A DNA stretch of 64,000 bases from the IMG/VR virus record IMGVR_UViG_3300042863_003045, positions 38,657 to 102,656 of that record; one strand, 5' to 3'. A model generated the notes under the pieces. It was not told where the DNA came from, made no database searches, and saw only the letters and a program-made list of their open reading frames with translations. Both the position numbers and the translations under genes were made by a program. Numbering within the stretch: the first letter of the stretch is position 1; each line of letters opens with the position of its first letter. Positions 1 through 8,488 of the stretch are shown one piece after another. Source of the stretch: a virus.

Positions 1-21
1 GAGATTATCAAAGAAGCTGTA

Positions 22-576
22 ATGACAGTAAATGATATCTATAGAGTGAATACCATGATTGATATTCCACAATCTCTTATCAATGCTTATGTTAAAAAAG
101 TAAAAGACACAACTGGAAAAAATCTTAAACAACTATTCGGTGATGTTGTCATCGCAGAAGAAATTGTTAAATTCATAGCACAGAATTACTTGAATGTAGA
201 TCAGTTACCCGCTGGAGCACTAACTGGAGATGCTCAGATACAATCACAGGGACAAGGTCAAATGCAAGGTCAAGCTCAGATGCAAACTCAACCACAAGGT
301 CAACCAGAGGGACAAGGACAATCTCAAGTACAAGTACAGACACAAGGTCAGGCTCAAGGTCAGGCACAAGGTCAAGATCAGGCACAAGGTCAGGCTCAAG
401 GTCAGGCTCAAGGTCAAGGTCAGGCACAAGGTCAGTCTCAAGGTCAGGCACAAGGTCAGGCTCAAGGTCAGGCACAAGGTCAAGGTCAGGCACAAGGTCA
501 AGGTCAGGCACAAGGAGAATTTGAAGAGGTAGATGAAGAAGGAGAAGAGTCAGAAGAAGATGAACTTCCAATTTAA
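22..576 (+). CDS. Hypothetical protein with Gln/Gly low-complexity tract and acidic tail (may be 5'-truncated by the window)
   Basis: ORF with GQAQ repeats, followed by a terminator. Confidence 0.75.
   Translation: MTVNDIYRVNTMIDIPQSLINAYVKKVKDTTGKNLKQLFGDVVIAEEIVKFIAQNYLNVDQLPAGALTGDAQIQSQGQGQMQGQAQMQTQPQGQPEGQGQSQVQVQTQGQAQGQAQGQDQAQGQAQGQAQGQGQAQGQSQGQAQGQAQGQAQGQGQAQGQGQAQGEFEEVDEEGEESEEDELPI
238..516 (+). repeat. Coding tandem repeat (CAAGGTCAGGCA/T units, GQAQ)
   Basis: Visible 6/12-nt periodicity. Confidence 0.95.
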
Positions 577-600
577 TAATTATTAAATATTAATTAATTT

Positions 601-625
601 AAACCCACCAATAGGTGGGTTTTTT
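601..625 (+). terminator. Intrinsic terminator
   Basis: aaacccacc-aata-ggtgggttt followed by T-run. Confidence 0.85.
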
Positions 626-637
626 ATTTTAAAAAAT

Positions 638-646
638 TAATATATA
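638..646 (+). promoter_or_regulatory. Putative late promoter motif TAATATATA (representative copy)
   Basis: Same 9-mer 4-5 nt before ATG at 16599, 18497, 30550, 41213, 41861, 53030, 54355, 55510; analogous to the T4 late promoter TATAAATA. Confidence 0.75.
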
Positions 647-650
647 TGTC

Positions 651-1109
651 ATGAGATATTTAAAGACTTTTGAAAACTTTGATTTTGACTTTGATTCTAT
701 AGATTTAGATGAGTCAGAATATTTATATGTAGAAGATTCTCAAATTCCAAATGCCGGAAAAGGATTGTTTACATCAATTGATATAGAAAAAAATGAGATA
801 ATATCCAAATTCATAGGAGATATTTTATCAGATTATGAAGCAGATATCAGAGCTGATAGAGGTGATGATGATTATTTCATGAATTTACCATCTGGTGAAA
901 TATTAGATTGTAAATTATCAGATTGTTTTGCTAAATATGCCAATGATTCAGAAGGAATAAATAGTGGATTTAAGAATAATTCGTTTATTTCAATGGATGA
1001 TGAAGATAATGTTGTTTTGGTTGCTAAGAGAGATATTTCGGCTGGTGAGGAAATATTTGTTAGTTATGGAAAAAAATATTGGAAAAGAAATAAATATAGA
1101 ATAGTTTAG
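651..1109 (+). CDS. SET-domain protein (putative lysine methyltransferase)
   Basis: SQIPNAGKGLF, AKYAND, AKRDISAGEEIFVSYG motifs. Confidence 0.9.
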   Translation: MRYLKTFENFDFDFDSIDLDESEYLYVEDSQIPNAGKGLFTSIDIEKNEIISKFIGDILSDYEADIRADRGDDDYFMNLPSGEILDCKLSDCFAKYANDSEGINSGFKNNSFISMDDEDNVVLVAKRDISAGEEIFVSYGKKYWKRNKYRIV

Positions 1110-1112
1110 ATA

Positions 1113-1730
1113 ATGAGATATATAAAAAAATTTGAAAATTATAATAACAATTCAATACTAATAATTGTTGACGTACAGAGATCATTTCGATCATTCTTTA
1201 CAGAAATGTATATTCATAAATTAAAGGAATATTGCAAACAATTCACAGAAGTATATCAGATTTTCGATAACCATCATGAAGGCAAAAATGTTGATAAAGA
1301 TTATCTATATGATGATAATCCAGATATTCCAATCAGTGATGAACTCTATACATTTCCAAACCAAAAAGATATAATCGAAAAAAGATATAACTATGATGTG
1401 AATGTTGATTTTTATAAAAAAATCTTAGATAAAGAAACTTATAAAGAATCTAAAGAAAAAGAAGATAATAACACTTTAAAGAAAGGAGATTTGTTTAAAA
1501 CAACCGAGGGAACTGCAATAGTTTATATCGGGAATAATCATAATTGGTTTCATATTCCTAAAAAGCTTTATGAACTATTTTCAAATATTAATGGAAAAGA
1601 AATTGTGATTTCCGGAGGAAGTGATTCCGAATGTTTACAAGATATTTACATTTCTGCTAAATCGATGGGAGTTGATATTAAAAGAGATCATAGATTCATA
1701 TATTCTGCATCACATTGTCCTATAAGGTAA
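1113..1730 (+). CDS. Isochorismatase/cysteine hydrolase-like protein
   Basis: ILIIVDVQ N-terminal motif and SGGSDSECL putative catalytic Cys. Confidence 0.65.
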   Translation: MRYIKKFENYNNNSILIIVDVQRSFRSFFTEMYIHKLKEYCKQFTEVYQIFDNHHEGKNVDKDYLYDDNPDIPISDELYTFPNQKDIIEKRYNYDVNVDFYKKILDKETYKESKEKEDNNTLKKGDLFKTTEGTAIVYIGNNHNWFHIPKKLYELFSNINGKEIVISGGSDSECLQDIYISAKSMGVDIKRDHRFIYSASHCPIR

Positions 1731-1759
1731 TTTGAAAAATAAAAAATAAAATATATCAT

Positions 1760-2005
1760 ATGCCATCAAAATCAAAATCTCAACAACGTTTAATGGGAGC
1801 AGCTTACGCTTATGCTACTGGAAAAAACAAAGATGTTCCAGAAGAAATAAAAAATGTTGCTAAATCATTTATGAAATCTGGAAAAAAGAAAGGAAAAAAG
1901 GCTCTTAGAGATTTTGCCAAAACAAAACATAAGAGCCTTCCTGAGAAAATAAAAGAGAATTTTAATCACATATTATCATTTGATGATTTCAAATGTTCAG
2001 AATAA
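1760..2005 (+). CDS. DUF3008-like small basic protein
   Basis: MPSKSKSQQRLMG...DFAKTKHKSLPEK. Confidence 0.7.
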   Translation: MPSKSKSQQRLMGAAYAYATGKNKDVPEEIKNVAKSFMKSGKKKGKKALRDFAKTKHKSLPEKIKENFNHILSFDDFKCSE

Positions 2006-2154
2006 GAAATTGATTTATCAAATGATTCTGAAAGATAATCTGTATAAGAAATTGATTTATCAATGCTCTCAGAAATATATTCTGAATACTGAATCCGTTT
2101 TGAAAACTTTCTCTTTTCTTTGATCTTTTTTATACTATCCTTTAGATCATTCAT
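1966..2154 (-). CDS. 62-aa protein carrying scaffold-type 14-aa repeats
   Basis: ATG at 2154 overlaps the upstream stop; YSEYISESIDKSIS repeats. Confidence 0.65.
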   Translation of the reverse strand: MNDLKDSIKKIKEKRKFSKRIQYSEYISESIDKSISYTDYLSESFDKSISYSEHLKSSNDNM

Positions 2155-2806
2155 CAATTGTCTCTGTGTTTGTTGGTAGAACTTCAGCCATAAGGAGATC
2201 ACTTCCATCTAAAGTAAGTGCCCATTTTTGAATATCTTCTACCAAAGACTTTGCTTTTGCGTCATAATAGTTGATTATCTTAGAAGCATCTCCGATTCTA
2301 TTTAGAAGTGAAGCAAAAGTACGAGCTTCTTTTGTAAGACCTTTTACTTTATAACCTTGTATAAGATGATAAACATATGTCAATTCGGTTGCATTCATCT
2401 TAACCGCGACAAGCTCACTATCATTCTTAAATTTAGTGTCGTATATAGACTTTAGCATATTATCCAATTCCAATGCCACAAAAAGTGTATTAACATCAAA
2501 TTCTAATTTTTTCAACAATAAATCACTAAGAAGATTGTATTGTGGTCGATTAAAATAGAAATTGAATTTTGCTTCTCTAAGCTCATTCTTATAATCTACA
2601 TAAAGTGATTGAGCATTTGCATAAATCAAATCCTTCTCTATATCACTCATTCCAACTCCATTGTTGTCACTCATGTATTTTTCTACAGATTCCATTTTAG
2701 AATCTAGACTAGATTCAACATCAAAATCCATTATTCTAAACATTTCTTCATTTTCAAAGAATGTCAACTCTGGTTTATTCACTACATTTTCAAATTTTTC
2801 TTTCAT
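2147..2806 (-). CDS. Hypothetical protein
   Basis: 219-aa ORF within a minus-strand operon. Confidence 0.8.
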   Translation of the reverse strand: MKEKFENVVNKPELTFFENEEMFRIMDFDVESSLDSKMESVEKYMSDNNGVGMSDIEKDLIYANAQSLYVDYKNELREAKFNFYFNRPQYNLLSDLLLKKLEFDVNTLFVALELDNMLKSIYDTKFKNDSELVAVKMNATELTYVYHLIQGYKVKGLTKEARTFASLLNRIGDASKIINYYDAKAKSLVEDIQKWALTLDGSDLLMAEVLPTNTETIDE

Positions 2807-2817
2807 TTTTCTTTTTT

Positions 2818-3048
2818 TTATTTTTTTAATCCTAATTCTTCAACTAGTAAATTTAGTGATTCTAATTTATCTTTAGATTCACAATATTGTGTAACCCATC
2901 TATCATGTTCACTCAATAAGTCAGAATGCTCACCAATTGCTGCTAAATTTGCATTTGATAGATACAAAGATAAGTTTGCTTTTGATTCTTCCATTTGAGA
3001 CTCATATTTTTTAGTAAGGGCACTTATATAAATTTTTGATATATTCAT
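2818..3048 (-). CDS. Small coiled-coil phage protein
   Basis: ORF with AIGEHSD motif; likely ATG at 3048. Confidence 0.75.
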   Translation of the reverse strand: MNISKIYISALTKKYESQMEESKANLSLYLSNANLAAIGEHSDLLSEHDRWVTQYCESKDKLESLNLLVEELGLKK

Positions 3049-3067
3049 AATTTTTCTTTTTTCTTTT

Positions 3068-3493
3068 TTAAAAATCAAATTCTTCTACACCGTCCGACTT
3101 TTGTTTTTGGTATAGATCTTCAACTTGATTTGCTCTCATTACTTTTTCAGTTCCCCATTTATTAATAATACTAGCGAAAGTATTAAGATCCGGCCTGATC
3201 ATCTTAATCTTACCACTTTCAACATTAATTGAAACTTTATCCAATTCCTGTTCAATTAGAATTTTTATCGATTCTGCATCAAAAATATTTAAAAGATCTT
3301 CATTCATCATCACCAATAATTCTTTTCCTAATAGGAAAGAATATTGATCAGGCAATTTTGCGATCTTTATTAATTGTTTTTGACTCTCAGATCCAACAAA
3401 CTGAAATCCAACTTGGATTGGAAAAGATTTAGTATTAAAAACACTATTGAACTGATTAACAGTATCATCACTTAATTCATAAAATTTGTTCAT
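3068..3493 (-). CDS. Putative phage metallopeptidase-fold protein, probably inactive
   Basis: ILIEQELDK (HExxH position degenerate) followed by PDLNTFASIINKWG. Confidence 0.5.
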   Translation of the reverse strand: MNKFYELSDDTVNQFNSVFNTKSFPIQVGFQFVGSESQKQLIKIAKLPDQYSFLLGKELLVMMNEDLLNIFDAESIKILIEQELDKVSINVESGKIKMIRPDLNTFASIINKWGTEKVMRANQVEDLYQKQKSDGVEEFDF

Positions 3494-3532
3494 ATTCTTT
3501 TTCTTTATTATAAGTAAAAATGGTTAATTTGT

Positions 3533-3961
3533 TTAAAAAAATATTAATTTAATAATATAAATTAATAAAATAAAAGAGCATATTGGCAAAAGTATTCTAT
3601 AAATAATCTTATTGATTTCCAAAGAATCTAATTGTTTATATCCTATTATAATAAGATAGGAATACTTTTCAACTTTTTTAACAGGTTCGTAAAAATCATA
3701 TAATTCTGATAATCCAATTGAATTTAAGTAAGTACTTAATTTAGAAACATATTCTCTTATATAAGATTCTGAAATTTTATCAACATCAGATTTTTTAAGA
3801 TCATAAGCTTCTCCTATCTCATCACTAGGCACATTCAGTACTGTATATAGACGATCCGCATTATCGATTCTAATATTGAAATTAGACTTTAATTCAACTC
3901 TTTTGGATTTAATTATTCTTTTAAAGAAGAAATAGTTTTTAATATCTTTAATTAAGCTCAT
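3533..3961 (-). CDS. Hypothetical protein with C-terminal TM helix
   Basis: Hydrophobic C-terminus. Confidence 0.7.
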   Translation of the reverse strand: MSLIKDIKNYFFFKRIIKSKRVELKSNFNIRIDNADRLYTVLNVPSDEIGEAYDLKKSDVDKISESYIREYVSKLSTYLNSIGLSELYDFYEPVKKVEKYSYLIIIGYKQLDSLEINKIIYRILLPICSFILLIYIIKLIFF

Positions 3962-3976
3962 ATCATGTATATAAAA

Positions 3977-6900
3977 TTATTCCAATTTGTTTAATTTTGA
4001 AAATTTAACATCTATCTTTGAATAATCTACTGCATAATATCCATTTTTATCATCCACAAGAGCTGATTCAAATTCTGTTCCTATAAGTTCTTGTGCAATA
4101 ACACCCACATAAATCTGATGTGAATTGAATTTGTATGTGAACTCATATATGTTTATTCCAAGAGGAGAAGTTCCTATTTTTCTTATAATGTTTTTAAGTC
4201 TTCTATCAGAAGAAGATACTTGTATATTCCTTTCATTTGTTGAGTTGTCCATTAAATAATTCCTAAGATCACCACTTACAACACTTGAAATACTTGATAA
4301 AATACCCGTCATATTATCCATTTTTTTACCAAGTTTCTGCAGCTCAACTATATTAGGATCAGATTTAGAAGTTCCACCAGATGTTTTTACTGTACTTTTT
4401 TCACTTGTTGATTTTTTCTGATCTTCAAAATCCTTTATTAATTCAGCAAATACACCACCCTTTTCTTCTATCCTGGTAAGAACATCTTCCAACATATCAG
4501 GATCCATAAGTGATAGCATAATCATATTACTCGACATTCCCTTTACCAATGAAAGTTTCTCAACATCCAATCCTTGAATAGAATTAGAAAATTTATTCAT
4601 AGTAGATCCTAATTTATCAAAGGCAATTGCCAACATTGTTATATTTGAGACAGCTTGTTCTAATGGAGTTTTTCCACCGAAAAAAGATGAAATACTCCCC
4701 ATTATTCCACCAGAACCCAATCCACTGAAATTAAGTAATGAAATTATATCTTGAAATTTCTGAAGCGCATAAATAGTTCCATCAATCCATTCTGGTTTTG
4801 GATATTTAGTATAATCCCCTTTCGATATTTCTAATGATATCTCATTTATGGATTCACCAATTGATTTTAAAGTGCTCTTTATTTTTCTAGGACTTATAGA
4901 CTTACCCGAAAGTAATTCAAAAACTGGAACAAAAGCTTGTATCGATCCTGAAACCCCTCTTACCCATTCTTCTGGTGGTGGATTTAAAAAGCTAGCATTT
5001 GATTTTGAGAAAATATTGGCAGATTCTATAAGACCTTCTGTTATCATAAGTATAGCACCTTTCATATCACCCACGGATGGTCCAGAACTAAATATTCCAG
5101 AACTTTTTGCGAGTACCTCAAAAACAGGAGTAAATGCACTTAAAGCACCACCAACTCCTCTCACCCAAGATTCTGTCGGACCTCCACTCCAGATATCACC
5201 AACACCTGCAAATTTCTGACCGGAAGTTATTATACCATCTGTGATAGTACTTATTGCATCTGAAAATTCTTTAGGTCCAACACCACCGAATAATATTTTA
5301 TTCGCCATTAACATGCCATAAACTGGAAGAAATGCTCCCAATGCCAATGATATTCCAGATGACCATTCTTTTGTCGGACCGCCTTTATAATCTCCTGTTG
5401 CTAATGTGAATGAAATGTCTGATATAGTTTGAGCAATTCCTTTGATAGAAGATATACCTACTTCCAAAGTACCAGAATCAATTCCACCGATAACCATAAT
5501 ACCCATGGAAAAAGCAATTAAACTCATGCCAACGCCAGATGACCATTCTTTTGTCGGACCACCTTTATAATCTCCGGTTGCCAATGTGAATGAAATATCT
5601 GATATAGTTTGAGCAATTCCTTTGATAGAAGATATTCCTGATTCTAAATCATCAGAATCTATTCCACCGATAACCATAATGCCCATGGAAAAAGCAATTA
5701 AACTCATGCCAACTCCAGATGACCATTCTAAACCAGGATACTTTGTGTAATCACCACTTGATATCATCTTATCAACAATTGGTATAGCCATAGCTATTGA
5801 CAGTACGGCTTCTATACCAGCATCAATTGGATTCTCTACTAATCCAAGACTAAATGTACTTGCTATACCTCCTACTGAATTCACAACACCAAGTAAAACA
5901 ACTGCTGCTCCAAAAAGAATCAAAGATGTTCCAACTCCTTTAGCCCAATCTAAACCAGGATACTTAGTATAATCACCACCTGATAATATCTTATCTACTG
6001 CAACTATTGTTCCAGCGATTCCCACAATTGCTAAAGCACCAGCTGCTAAAACTACCGCACCAGCACCAGTTGATACTATTAAACCAAGTACAAGTGCTGC
6101 CATTCCAAATCCAACTAAAGAAAGTCCAACTCCTAAAGCCCACGAAAGATTAGGATAAGTAGAATAATCACCTAATGATAGAATTCTAGATGTTAACATA
6201 ATAACGGTTGCAATAACTGCAATAGAAATTCCACCTTTTATGAAATCACCAGGACTTCCAAGTTTACTCATAGAAAAACTCAAAAGTCCAAACGCAAGTA
6301 TAGATAGTCCAGTGGACATTCCCCACATTAAATCAGGAAACTTTTCATAACTACCTAAAGATAAAATCAATGAAGCTAACATTATTGTTGATGCTAAAAT
6401 TAATATTGATTTACCACCCTTTATGAACTCATTTACATCACCCATCTTATTCACCGCTTTTACAGCCAAAGCTAGTACTACAACAGAAAGTGATATTGAT
6501 GCAGATAATAAAAGAAATTTAAAAATACTTGAAATTTCAACTGGTGCCATACCCATCAAAATCCAAGAAGCGAGAGTAACTGCAGCGGTAAGTGCGAGTA
6601 TAACAATAGTTCCTTTTTCAATATCCACATAATTTACATCCTTTATACCAGATAATAAGGGTTTTACAGCATAAGAAAGAACTACGAATGTTGCAGATAT
6701 AAGAATTGCTGTTAGTGCCTGAAATAATCCTATCGGAACAATCGCTTGAAAATACCAAGAAGCTCCTACGATGGCTAGTGATAATGCAATAAGAACTATT
6801 GGGATAGCTGCAGCAGCTATCGCCGCAGTTGCAGGATCAATTCCTTTAAAAGATTCTATCAATTTCCCTATTCCATAAGCCATAACTCCAAAAGCAGCTG

Positions 6901-7693
6901 CTATCAGAATGGCGGTTAGTGCTTGGAATAATCCTATTGGAACAACTGCTTGTAAAATAACTGATGACGCGACGATGGCGATGGATGTTGCTATAAGAAC
7001 AATAGGAAGTAAGAATGAACCTTGTATAGCAACAGCAGGATCAATTTTTCCAAGAGCATTTAATAAAAATCCAAGACCAACTGCGGCTGCGCCAAATGCA
7101 GCAGCAATAAATACAACAGTTATAAGTTGAAAAAGACCTACTGGAACAACACCAGCAAGTATTCTTGATGACACCATTATAGCAAAAGACATCGCCACAA
7201 GAGCAACAGTCGCGCCAACAATTTTACCTGCATCAATTCCCTCTACTTTTGAAATTCTTGCAAAAGCCTCTGCCATTAGCGGTAGAGCAAATGCAATTGC
7301 AAGTACAGAAAGAAAATCGACACTTCCAATAAGTTTAAAAGCCAACCCAATCGCTAAAATAGCACCTGCAATCAATCCAATGACAGCAACCCCATCTTTT
7401 ATCATTTGTTTGGTCTTACCACCACCAGCTTCTTCAAAAACCTTACTTTCGCCGGATGTTTGTTGTTTTTGTAATTTTATTATAGTTTCTTGATTATCTA
7501 AAATCTTTTTAGTATCTTCTTTTATAGATTTTATTCCTTCATTTATCTCTACTAATTGTTTTGAAAAATCCCCTGATTGTAATGAGTTTCCTACATCAGA
7601 TTTTACAGGCGATTTTGATTTATCAAGAGATTCACTTAACTGTTCAAGTGCAATAGAAATATTATTAAGAGCATCAAGTAGCTTTTGGTCCAT
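3977..7693 (-). CDS. Tape-measure-like protein with hydrophobic repeats and C-terminal peptidase S74-type autoprocessing domain
   Basis: Long Ala/Gly/Ile-rich helical repeats; SSDRRLKN...GVIAQEL...YAVDYSKI. Confidence 0.65.
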   Translation of the reverse strand: MDQKLLDALNNISIALEQLSESLDKSKSPVKSDVGNSLQSGDFSKQLVEINEGIKSIKEDTKKILDNQETIIKLQKQQTSGESKVFEEAGGGKTKQMIKDGVAVIGLIAGAILAIGLAFKLIGSVDFLSVLAIAFALPLMAEAFARISKVEGIDAGKIVGATVALVAMSFAIMVSSRILAGVVPVGLFQLITVVFIAAAFGAAAVGLGFLLNALGKIDPAVAIQGSFLLPIVLIATSIAIVASSVILQAVVPIGLFQALTAILIAAAFGVMAYGIGKLIESFKGIDPATAAIAAAAIPIVLIALSLAIVGASWYFQAIVPIGLFQALTAILISATFVVLSYAVKPLLSGIKDVNYVDIEKGTIVILALTAAVTLASWILMGMAPVEISSIFKFLLLSASISLSVVVLALAVKAVNKMGDVNEFIKGGKSILILASTIMLASLILSLGSYEKFPDLMWGMSTGLSILAFGLLSFSMSKLGSPGDFIKGGISIAVIATVIMLTSRILSLGDYSTYPNLSWALGVGLSLVGFGMAALVLGLIVSTGAGAVVLAAGALAIVGIAGTIVAVDKILSGGDYTKYPGLDWAKGVGTSLILFGAAVVLLGVVNSVGGIASTFSLGLVENPIDAGIEAVLSIAMAIPIVDKMISSGDYTKYPGLEWSSGVGMSLIAFSMGIMVIGGIDSDDLESGISSIKGIAQTISDISFTLATGDYKGGPTKEWSSGVGMSLIAFSMGIMVIGGIDSGTLEVGISSIKGIAQTISDISFTLATGDYKGGPTKEWSSGISLALGAFLPVYGMLMANKILFGGVGPKEFSDAISTITDGIITSGQKFAGVGDIWSGGPTESWVRGVGGALSAFTPVFEVLAKSSGIFSSGPSVGDMKGAILMITEGLIESANIFSKSNASFLNPPPEEWVRGVSGSIQAFVPVFELLSGKSISPRKIKSTLKSIGESINEISLEISKGDYTKYPKPEWIDGTIYALQKFQDIISLLNFSGLGSGGIMGSISSFFGGKTPLEQAVSNITMLAIAFDKLGSTMNKFSNSIQGLDVEKLSLVKGMSSNMIMLSLMDPDMLEDVLTRIEEKGGVFAELIKDFEDQKKSTSEKSTVKTSGGTSKSDPNIVELQKLGKKMDNMTGILSSISSVVSGDLRNYLMDNSTNERNIQVSSSDRRLKNIIRKIGTSPLGINIYEFTYKFNSHQIYVGVIAQELIGTEFESALVDDKNGYYAVDYSKIDVKFSKLNKLE
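5356..5729. repeat. 180-bp (60-aa) near-identical tandem duplication inside the tape-measure-like gene
   Basis: ccagatgaccattc recurs at about 5356, 5536 and 5716. Confidence 0.9.
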
Positions 7694-7752
7694 ATCTAAC
7701 TTTTATTTATAAAGTATATATAAAATATATTCTATTCTTTAATATATACTAT

Positions 7753-8232
7753 ATGAAAAAACAAGTCAATGTCATGAACTTTAAAAAATTCCTTTCCTAT
7801 TTCAGTTTGAAAGAATCTTATTTCAAAGATTCTAAACTTAATTCAATACTTGATAAGATGAACAAAGGTGTATCAATAACTAGTCGTGAGCAGAATTTTC
7901 TCGACAACTATGATAACATCATAGATGATGAATTTAAAGATGTAAAGATGCTTACAGCAAATTCAACATTCAATCAAATTATAACACTTTTAGAAAGAAA
8001 TAAAAAAATAATATGCAACATTTCTGATAGAAATGGCACAATTGGACTTCCCATAAAGAAGATTGAAAAGAATTATGAAAACGAAAAGATCATAATAGAA
8101 GTTTCCGGTGGTGAAAAATTAGAACTAAAAGATAATTTCTTTTATGAGATAAATTATAACTTTGATAAAGACAATTACTCACTAGAAACATCAGATGAAT
8201 TCTTTGAAAAAATACCAGTTAAGAATGATTAA
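7753..8232 (+). CDS. Hypothetical protein with LxxILDK helical-hairpin motif
   Basis: KLNSILDKMNKGVSITSREQNFL. Confidence 0.7.
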   Translation: MKKQVNVMNFKKFLSYFSLKESYFKDSKLNSILDKMNKGVSITSREQNFLDNYDNIIDDEFKDVKMLTANSTFNQIITLLERNKKIICNISDRNGTIGLPIKKIEKNYENEKIIIEVSGGEKLELKDNFFYEINYNFDKDNYSLETSDEFFEKIPVKND

Positions 8233-8488
8233 AAGATTTAAGGAATTCAATGAATCAATTTCAGGAACAGAATTTGTTGGATCATTTGGTCCAAATTATG
8301 GGGATACTCAAGTTAAAAACAAAACCATAAGTTCAAATGATACATCAGTCATATATTCTGATCTAACTGGTGAAATATACACCCACGATGATTATAACTC
8401 AATCTATCAGGAATATTTGAAAATAGGAGGAGAACCTCTTCACGGATTTAATTTAGAGAATTTAAATAGAGTTATTTCATTTTTATAA
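8225..8488 (+). CDS. Hypothetical protein with shared N-terminal peptide
   Basis: MIKRFKEFNES; ATG overlaps upstream ORF end. Confidence 0.7.
   Translation: MIKRFKEFNESISGTEFVGSFGPNYGDTQVKNKTISSNDTSVIYSDLTGEIYTHDDYNSIYQEYLKIGGEPLHGFNLENLNRVISFL

Noticed and set aside
173-571. Overlapping ORFs 173..571, 230..532 and 244..513
   Set aside because: Shadow frames of the GQAQ repeat
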